A program made the translations under genes and the position numbers. The notes beneath the pieces are model-generated. The model searched no databases and was not told the origin of the DNA. It saw only the letters and a list, made by a program, of their open reading frames with translations. 64,000 nucleotides of DNA from Macrostomum lignano (taxonomy: Eukaryota), in the NCBI GenBank assembly GCA_002269645.1, contig NIVC01000692.1, forward strand, positions 371,950 through 435,949, read 5' to 3'. This document shows, one piece after another, positions 28,115-37,783 of the stretch. How positions within the stretch are numbered: position 1 is the first letter of the stretch; each line of letters starts with the position of its first letter.

Positions 28115-28990
28115 CTGCTATCTGCCGCAGCTCCTGTAACAGCTCCGCTATCTGCCGCAGCTCCTGCAACAGCTCCGCTATCTGCCGCAGCTCATGCAAC
28201 AGCTCCGCTATCTGCCGCCGCTCCTGCAACAGCTCCGCTATCTGCCGCAGCTCCTGCAACAGCTCCGCTATCTGCCGCAGCTCCTGCAACAGCTCCGCTA
28301 TCTGCCGCAGCTCCTGCAACAGCTCCGCTATCTGCCGCAGCTCCTGCAACAGCTCCGCTATCTGCCGCCGCTCCTGCAACAGCTCCGCTATCTGCCGCAG
28401 CTCCTGCAACAGCTCCGCTATCTGCCGCAGCTCCTGCAACAGCTCCGCTATCTGCCGCAGCTCCTGCAACAGCTCCGCTATCTGCCGCAGCTCCTGCAAC
28501 AGCTCCGCTATCTGCCGCCGCTCCTGCAACAGCTCCGCTATCTGCCGCAGCTCCTGCAACAGCTCCGCTATCTGCCGCCGCTCCTGCAACAGCTCCGCTA
28601 TCTGCCGCCGCTCCTGTAACAGTTCCGCTATCTGCCGCAGCTCCTGCAACAGCTCCGCTATCTGCCGCCGCTCCTGCAACAGCTCCGCTATCTGCCGCAG
28701 CTCCTGTAACAGTTCCGCTATCTGCCGCAGCTCCTGCAACAGCTCCGCTATCTGCCGCCGCTCCTGCAACAGCTCCGCTATCTGCCGCAGCTCCTGTAAC
28801 AGCTCCGCTATCTGCCGCAGCTCCTGTAACAGTTCCGCTATCTGCCGCAGCTCCTGCAACAGCTCCGCTATCTGCCGCCGCTCCTGCAACAGCTCCGCTA
28901 TCTGCCGCAGCTCCTGTAACAGCTCCGCTATCTGCCGCAGCTCCTGTAACAGCTCCGCTATCTGCCGCAGCTCCTGCAACAGCTCCGCTA
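28115..28990. repeat. Minisatellite, 30-bp unit, ~29 copies (right arm; reverse complement of 25565-25945)
   Basis: Exact 30-bp periodicity; includes a variant (ctgccgccg) not seen in the left copy. Confidence 0.97.
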
Positions 28991-29930
28991 TCCACCCCGC
29001 TCTTTGCAACAGCAGCGCCCCCTACCAGAATTATAGGATGAAAGGAAATTTACCAATTCATGCGATCTGTTGCACGCTGTACACCAACAAAATAATGGTC
29101 AAACACAGCGTTCAGCTCAAAGAGTGAAATACAGTTATCAACAAATCATTCTCTTGGATTGGAACCAGTATTGCTTTTGACGATGTAAAGGAGACTTGCG
29201 CCAATCCAAATTTAAAAAAGTTGAAGTTGAAAAAGTGACAGATTGAAAATTGCTGTATTCCATTAAATCAAGGACTTTTGTTTAAGTGCCAGATCTACAT
29301 TTCCTTGATTCTATCCGTGATCCGAAGATCAAATACTAAGTTTGCTGCTAGCTCAATCTGCTCTCGTTTCCATATACTCGTAGTTCGCTTGAGGACTGAG
29401 GAGCATACTCGTATGGATCAGTGAGGAGTCTAGCTAGTCTCGTTTAGATCATCAAAAGCAATGCAGTATAGCAATACAATGTATTTCAAAGGATTATTAT
29501 GCTAGTAGCATTCAACAAAAGATTGGTTTAGGCGCCTGCGTCACGCAATGTAAAATTATTGGCGCAATGCTACGTCAGTGCATGCGGAAGTACTATATAG
29601 TTTTAATACAGCACAGCGGAAGTTCCTAAATAATGACATCGGAAATTGAATTTTTCGATAATATTACACACAATAAATAGCACTAACACCGATCAGTAAA
29701 AGTAAAGCACAAGAAAAATGCACGGAATTAAAAATAAATTTGTTTTCCTGGTTGGTTCGGAATTAAATCAGTGAAACAGTAAGAAGTATAAGATTTTTTA
29801 ATCGCGAGTACGAGATATGCACCATTACAGTTTGCAGCTGGGCAAATTATTCTGAAGAGAAAACAACAAGGCAAGGTTGAGTTAAGAGTAACAGTTCACA
29901 ATGGGAGGCAGTGTCAGATCAGTTCTTTCA

Positions 29931-30388
29931 GTGCTAACTCTCTGAAAGCGACAACAGCGTGCGCCTGGCCGATCACCCAGCGTCATCCAGCAGGCAATCC
30001 GCGTAGCGACCCGCCCGGCCGTAATCCCGGCGCCAGGGGCCCTGCATCGTGAGCAGCAGGACGTCCTGCACTGGTTCAATGGTTGAGAACAGTAGGCCTC
30101 CACGCGGATGGTGTGGCCCACCAGCTGAAGTCTTCGCCTGCGGAAGGTCTCGCTGGGTAGTCGCAGCGAGGGTGCAACGAGGTAGAGCTGCTGCACAACC
30201 GTCGGGCGTCCCAGCAGGTGATTTTGATAGGCAGCTCCGCGGGTACAGTCATCACCTCGTCTTCTCGGTGTTGATGCCCGACCGATGCCGCAGCTGCCAC
30301 CAGGCTGTCTAGCATGCGCTGGGGCTCCCACAGCCGTAGAGGCGGGCAGCGCCAGGTCGTCGGCGTAACCCAGGAGTGACAGCCGCTT
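29931..30388 (-). pseudogene. RTE-like RT remnant (right-arm mirror copy)
   Basis: Reverse complement of 24183-24640 with about one substitution seen (E/W in the supplied ORF). Confidence 0.8.
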
Positions 30389-30679
30389 CTTTGATTGGCG
30401 ATTGGCGGCTGTTTGTTCGGTAGGAAGTAGAAAGCCGTACTCATCCTGTTGGCAGGGCCCTCCGTAGCATTGTCTCCATTGCTTGGTTTGCTATTGTTAG
30501 GTTTTGCCTTGGCCTTATCTTTTTCTCCCCATCGAGGAGATTCTGAAGAGAGGAAGGAGAAATATTCGTTTTTACTTCTAAAACGGATAATTAAATTTAA
30601 TTAACAAAGCTACGAAAAAAGGGTGAGGCTGAAAAGGAGAATAGGGTGGGGACTGCAGGGGCGAAGGGTGGGCCAGTAG

Positions 30680-31960
30680 GGGCGAAGATGTTCATGCTGG
30701 GGGAGGAGAGGGTGAGGCTGGAGGGGAGGAGAGGCTGAGCACTTGAGGGGAGGAGAGGCTGAGCACTCGAGGGGAGGAGAGGTTGGGGTTGGGGAAAGAA
30801 GGCGGTGGTGCTGGAAGGAAGGATGGGGCTAAAGGGTAAGAGGGTGGGGCTAGAGGGTAGAAGAGGATGGAAGCTGGAGGGGAGCGTGGGGCAGTAGGGG
30901 AAGAGGGCGGGGCTTGAGGGAAGGAGAGTCGGGCTGGAGGGAAGGAGGGTGGTGCTGCAGAGAAGGAGGGTAGCGCTGGAGGGAAGGAGGGTGGGGCTGG
31001 AGGGAAGGAGAGTAGGGCTGGAGGGAAGGAGAGTGGGGCTAGAGGAAAGGAGAGCAGGGCTGGAGGGAAGGAGGGTGTGGCTGGAGGGAAGGAGTGTAGG
31101 GCTAGAGGGAGGGAGGGTGGGGCTGGAGCTAAGGCGAGTGGGGCTGGAGGGAAAGGGGGTAGGGTTAGAGGGAAGGATGGGGTGGAAGGGTAAGAGGGTG
31201 GGGCTAGAGGGTGGAAGAGGATGGAAGCTGGAGGGGAGCGTGGGGCAGTAGAGGAAGAGGGCGGGGCTTGAGGGAAGGAGAGTGGGGCTGGAGGGAAGGA
31301 GTGTCGGGCTGGAGGGAAGGAGGGTGGGGCTGGAGGGAAGGAGAGTGGGGCTGGAGGGAAGGAGGGTAGGGCTAGAGGGAAGGAGGGTGGGCTAGAGGGA
31401 AGGCGAGTGGGGCTGGAGGGAAGGAGGGTAGGGCTAGAAGGAGGGAGGGTGGGTCCTGGAGGGAGGAGAGGGTGGAAGCTGGAAGGGAGGGTGGAAAGTC
31501 GAGGAGGAGGGCAGGGCTAGAGGGAAGGAGGGTGGGGATGGAGGGAAGGAGAGTGGGGCTGGAGGGAAGGAGGGTAGGGCTGGAGGGAAAGGGGGTAGGG
31601 TTAGAGGGAAGGATAGGGCTGAAGGGTTGGGCTAGAGGATAGAAGATGGAAGCTGGAGGGGAATGCGGGGTAGTAGGGGAAAAAGGTAGGGCTAGAAGGA
31701 AAGCAGGGTAGCAGGGAGGGAGGATAGGGCTGGAGGGAAGGAGGGTAGTGTTGCAGGGAGGGAGGGTAGGGCTGGAGAGAAGGAGGGTGGTGGTGCAGGG
31801 AAGGAGGGTAGGGCTTGAAAGGGAGGAGGGTGAGGCTAGAAAGAAGGATAAGACTGGAAGGTAGGATGAGACTAGAGTGGAGGAGGATAGGGCTGGAAAG
31901 AAAAAAAGATGGGGCTAGAGGTTCAAAGAGGTTTAGGTGGGGCTGGAGGAAGAGGTGAGG
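30680..31960. repeat. G/A-rich minisatellite (right-arm mirror of 22240-23890)
   Basis: Reverse complement of the left-arm array, lacking ~450 bp (left 22570-23025). Confidence 0.9.
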
Positions 31961-34428
31961 CTAGGAGGGTTAGGCTGGAGAGGAGAAGAGAGTAAGGGCT
32001 AGAAATGAGGAAAGTAAGAACTAGAAAAGAGAAGGTAGGTAGTGAAGAGGAGAGAATAAGGATTCAAGGGGAAGACATGATGGGGCTAAAATAAAGAAAG
32101 GAGTAATATTGGAAGGAAGAGGAGGTAAAGTTTTCAAAAAGAAAATAGGTCTAGAAAGAAGAACAGGATATAGATAGAGGTTAGAGAGGAAGAAAAGGTC
32201 ATGACTACTAGATAGATATCATGACTTACTTTATAATGGTAGTAAATAACTAGTTGCTAGTCTATGGTTTATGGCTTTAAGTTTATAATCTAATTTCTAA
32301 AATATTTTTTAATTTTGTGGAGAAATCTTATTTATCAAAATATTTAAAAAATGTGCATAATATTTCAATATAGAATGTGCTCTATATTATCTTGTTTTAT
32401 ATTTCCATTTTTGATGCTTATAAAACAGAATTTATAATATTTGTTAGAAAAAATTAATATAAATATTATAATACTTCTATTCCTATAGCCTTAGTAAATT
32501 GTATAAAATATAAGCTAATTAAATTAAATCAAAGAAGGACCAAATTAACTTTACATCCAAGAAAGAAAAAAGATGTTTATTAATACTATTATTAAGTCAA
32601 AAGAACATTTTAATAATATAACATAAAGGTAAAGGCTAGGCCTTATAGTTATAACACAAAAGAAAAGAAAATATTTTAGATTTAGGGCTACTAGTCAATA
32701 GAAGAAAATAATCAGTGAAATAGTAGGCTTTGTATTACTAAATGCAAAATTACTAGGCCTAGCTGCCTAGGTAGTTTTAAATTTAATCTATTGCCATTGA
32801 CATTGGTAGAACAGTAGGTCCTAAATAAATCTGTAACAAAATGGCAATAGTAGTAAAATTTAATATTTAGGTCGAACAGCATAGCATAGGCCTAGCCGAT
32901 TAGACCAAGAATAAGATAGCTAGGTAAGATGCGCAACTTCCTAGACTAGAACTAGCTACATTGGTCACTAGCCCTTTAAATTTTTGCTAATCCTGACGCA
33001 GGCTAATTATTTTAATAGCTAGCTAGAATGGAATTTGAATTATACAGTTTACCAACATCACCCGTGACAACTTCTACACGCGAGTACACGGAAGCCTTAA
33101 AATTCATAAAAATATGGGTACAAATACCTATCGACGGGTATTATCTGCCTTTAAGGAAAATGCTCTCAAGGAAAAGGCTAAAAAAAAAGGTTAAGGCTCT
33201 TGTGAAGAGGTATTTTTGAGCCTTACGTTGTGTCACGGGTGATACATCTTACTAATACATTTTCGTACACAAAACATGTATTGACCGCTTCTGAAGCCGA
33301 AAAAAACGTGTCCTATTCTGCTACGTGTTTGTGACACTGATGTTTAAGTCACTCGAACGCACCCATTGTCATAATGAATCTTAAACAAGATTTTTTAAAA
33401 GTGCTCTGTCATAGTCTTGGTTCTCAAGAGAAAAAATCGTCATATGAGGCTAATCTGCCTCGAAACTAGACAGAAAATTTACAATTATACAACCATAGGT
33501 TTTGTTTTTTCGCAGTCCAAATTTCAGTTTTCAGTTTTCGAAGAACTTTCGACTGATGAAGGAGCAGGATGAACAGCCTTGGAAGCTTTACTCGAGTAGT
33601 CCTTGCATTTCGTCTGCTAACCAGTTCGTCTGCCAGTCCACCACTCTCTCTGCAAAAATACGATCTTATCATTTCTTCTGCCACAAATTATTGAATACGA
33701 CGTCAGTATTAATGCGCATATCAGACACATATCAAAACAAAAAGAAATATGTCTGATCTGAAGATGTACCTCAGATATATGTCGCTGTCATTATATTTGA
33801 ATCAATTTGATATATAGTGATAAGATAATGAACTTATTTATAAATGAATAGTGATTTCCTAATTTTCCTAATTTCCTATAAGTTCCTAATCTTAGATTTT
33901 TTAATTAAAGTTTCTTATTAGTTACTTAAAACAAAGTCAAAGCAGATAATATGTACATGTAGGCCATATTATTTTAAGTAGACTAAGACTCTAGTCTGAG
34001 CCTAGTACACTAAAATAGTTATTGACCATATTGCTGATCATGCTCTGTGCATGCATTAGGGCTTAAACCAAAATATAGAGACACTTATGATAAATCATAG
34101 AATCATACATGTATATTATTCATTCCATTAGGGGCTCTATATGTTTTATACTCATGACTATATAAAGCAAGGCTATCCCTATCCATAGCAGGCTAACTAC
34201 AGGCAAGGTCTTGCTCTAGCTCCTGCTTTCCTTGTGTTAAGTTGACCTGCTTTACTTATGCTGATAACTTGGTGCTGACTTGGCATAACTATGGTTTTGT
34301 TCATTATATTATTTTTAAAAAGTGACAAGTTATTAGAGATTATGACAAACCATACTCGGAGAAGTTTAGAAAAGATGACCCACCACCAAAAAAGTTCAAA
34401 TTAGAGTTTGAAGTCACAAGAAAGATAA

Positions 34429-34660
34429 TTAGAGGGGATAATAATGTGACACCCAGTAGAGAAAGTTGCCAAACACATTCTGTGGATATAGATAGTGCCA
34501 CAGAAATTCCTGCAGATGAGTTTCAAATCAACCATCACTTGTCCCGTACATGTTGCAAAACTTCACCTTGCAATGTACCCATGTTCCCTCGATAGTGTTC
34601 GTATGAACCATTGGGTCCTAGGGTCCACAAAATGGAGCTGGTGGTCATCCAGCCATTTCT
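34429..34660 (-). pseudogene. Merlin (IS1595/ISXO2-like DDE) transposase C-terminal remnant
   Basis: Minus strand: HQLHFVDPRT-(frameshift)-VHTNTIEGTWVHCKVKFCNMYGTSDG*FETHLQEFLWHYLYPQNVFGNFLYWVSHYYPL*. Matches the Merlin 'NHS..FVDP.TG.HTNTIEG.W...K' and 'YL.EF.W' motifs. Confidence 0.8.
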
Positions 34661-37600
34661 TTGTGCGCTGGAACAAATCTGAAACAAGAAATAATATAAC
34701 GAATGAAACCATAGTTATGCCACTGACTTGTTCTAGTCCCAAAGTTGCACAGAAGACAGTAAGTTGGCTAGCTAATGAGGGGAAGTATGTAGGGCTTTAT
34801 ATCAGCTATAGTAGGATAGAGGTGTTGCATATTGGCATTGGCAACTCTTTACCTCTGCTTCTATTAGATGGCATCATGATCATATTATGCAAATGCAATC
34901 AGTTTAAGTATTAGGTATCCTAGTCATTGACCCCAATGCCATTATCAACAACTGCAAGCAGCTGGCATAGCAGGCCTCCAACCTTTTCTGCTTTATCTTC
35001 TATTGCTAGCTTGCCACCAATAGCTTAAAGCTCCCCCTATTCTACTTGGCAATTGAAATGGTGCTAACCTACAGGCTGGAAGCTGTTCTATGATTGCCAT
35101 TTGTAAGGCAAGCTTGGAGGCCTGCCATTGTCACCTACTGCATAATGCCATGGGCATCCAGTTCCCTAAGCATATGAGCAACACCAAGCTAGTAGCCTGG
35201 ACTTGCATGCCATCCCTGGGTTACACCCTGCAAAGGCAATACTAGATGTTAGTTGGCCACTGCCTGTAGGCCCAAACATGGGACACCAGGCCCCTGTTTG
35301 TCAACCTGCTACTTAGCCCACCTTGTGGAAGACTCCGCTGGGGCCAAGCATGCTGCACCATTTTAACTGATACCCTTTTCACTGACTTGTAGGCTCTGGG
35401 CCTTATCCATCAGTCTGTAGCTAGGTTAGACTTAGCTGTTTTCTATCAGTAGGTGCTTCACTGACCCCTATGCTAGCATCTGTTTAATAATAATAATGAC
35501 TATGAATTAGCTTTCTAAAAGCTTCTGGAGTCCTTATCCTCATTTATGTCTTATATATATAATTATAATTATATATAATTATATTTTATGATAATAGCAC
35601 TCTAAGCCTTTGGTGGGCATTCAAATTTAAAATTCAAATGGAGTGCCTATTGAAAGTATGAAAAAACATTGTTTTTCAAATATTTCACCAATTTCTAATT
35701 TGAATTTTTTATATTAGTTTGCCAAACAAATCTGAATTAATTGGGCCCATTAACATTATTGCCCCAAAAAGATCAAAGCAATTTATTAGGTTGACAAAGC
35801 CTTGTTTTGTCTACTAATTAAATTTCAAGCCAGCTTTATAACTCCTCTCTCTTTTTTCTATTGTTTATCTGATTGGTAAATGATAAAACTCAATCAAGAC
35901 CACAAATTGCAAGCCCAAACAAAGTCATATAATCTCTTAGCTTATATATATTTTTTTAATACTTGACCCATTTCCAATTTGAATTTTTTATTAAAAAATA
36001 TAGAACTAATTGCCAAAGAATTCCAGATGTTTTAAGACTAATTTAAAAAAATCAGCCAAATAGTTCTTAAAAAAATCAATTATAGAAAGTCAGATAGACA
36101 GATAAATAGATAGACAAATAGTTCAAAATTAGTATATAAATGTCTAGGTCTAGAGTCTAGACTATACACATCTAGACTATATACAAGGGAAAGAGAGGGA
36201 AAGATAAAAGCAAAATAAAAAAGGCAATCAAATTGATAGGCATTGAGCACTTTAGCTGAATTCTGCATTGTCTATAGAATACTGAGTAATGAGACAACTC
36301 ATTTTTAATATATAGAATTCATAGCTACATTACTGCATCTGTTATAGCTAGCAGCAAGAAGTCCCAACCCCCTGTGATTCTATGAACCTGTGATTCTTGC
36401 CAATTATCACTGGCTAATGATGCATTTCAACCATAGCAAGAAAGTTATAGGAAGTTATAGAAAATTTACTATAGCTTATTTAGCTATGGATACAGACTAT
36501 AGATATAGATATGGGAAAATTTTGGTTATAGTAAAACTCTAAAATTTTGCTTTTGGAGTAATCTTTACTTGCACATTCAATTATATTCTTCAAAAATTTG
36601 CAATTTGAATAGGGGCAGAATGACGTAGCTAGACAAATTTGTTTCTGGTAAGTCTTTGCTATTGGGTGGATATACTTAGTCAGTGCAGGGCAGATGCAAT
36701 AGACTCAAATCAAGAATTGCTCAACCTGAGTGAGTTTCACTAGTTGACAATTGACAATCTATTGAATTCATTTATAGTATTCATTTTATACTTAACAGAA
36801 ACATCAAATTTTCAAAGAAGTGCAGGAGAGAAGGTCATGACCCCCATTGGTTGTTGCCACTAATAATTCTTTTTTAAGGGCCATTCATTATGATTTAAAG
36901 TGGGAGTTGAGGTAGGTGTTGGGTTTGAAGTGGATGGGGTTTATGGGATTAAAGTAGGTTTTGTATTTCAAACCAAACTGAACAAGAATTGCAACCTTTA
37001 ATTCCTAAAAACACAATTCATTTGTTCACTTATTCTGCTGCATAAGTTCAAGCAGTCAGATCTAAAAAGCCCCATGCCCAATTGTGTTCATAGCTTGCCT
37101 TTCTGCACAGCTCTCTAATTTTAGGTTAAAGTACTTTTGACTTCTTGCACTGAGTCACTGCATGTATTATACAGGTCTAAGCTAGAAAATATCTTAAATT
37201 GTCTTATATTTTTCTGTCCAAATTTTGCTTTATCAATGTAGAGGCGAGGCCCTCAGAAAAATAGAAAACTGTCAACAATAATTTGCGCTGGTTAGATAAG
37301 TGACGTGGGTTGATTAAATGCAAACAAATAATTTTTTTCTAATCTATTTTTAGAGAGACTATGCTAGAAAGATTAGCGCAGCTCTAGTTTGTGTACTTAG
37401 TCGTTAGACGCGACTCACGCGACTTGTATCTTTTACTGCAATAGAAAGTGTTCATAGCTGGAATAAAAATTTCGCTAGAAAAAAGATTAGCTCTCGATAG
37501 AGTGTTGCGCATTGCTTGTTCAACTCTCGCGCTTTGCCCATGGGTGGTCCTTAGTTGAAGGGGCGGAGTTCCTCAGTGGTAAATTCATCTGATTCTTCTT

Positions 37601-37783
37601 ACGCCAAAGTAACCCAGGTTCGCTTCTGTGCGCAGCGGTGCATTGATTGGATCGCAGAATTATTATTTGAACTTTGAAAATCGTCTTTTCATTCGATTAT
37701 GCATTTAACTTCCATTGCATTGCTAAAAATGCGTTTCTATTTATAGTTTCAGTCCTTTAGTTGACGTTATTATTTAACTGATA

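Larger units (their letters stand above)
20855..33342. mobile_element. 12.5-kb foldback (giant inverted-repeat) non-autonomous element
   Basis: Arms 20870-26168 and 27893-33337 are reverse complements (the supplied ORFs mirror, e.g. 24127..24495+ vs 30076..30444-; 24259..24522- vs 30049..30312+). Spacer 26169-27892. TTTAAGTC is duplicated at 20847-20854 and 33343-33350. Confidence 0.85.

Noticed and set aside
25444-29127. Ala-rich (DSGAVAGAAA)n, coiled-coil-like (QIAELLQELR)n and Cys-rich (SAICRSSCNS)n ORFs, resembling antifreeze or structural proteins
   Set aside because: They are all frames of one 30-bp minisatellite duplicated in the palindrome arms; no splice or codon evidence.
20015-33364. 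Single 13.35-kb Harbinger element with 22-bp TIRs
   Set aside because: Eight of the 22 bp at the right end are better explained as the TTTAAGTC target duplication of a nested insert; the nested model accounts for both duplications and the left-only 826-bp palindrome.
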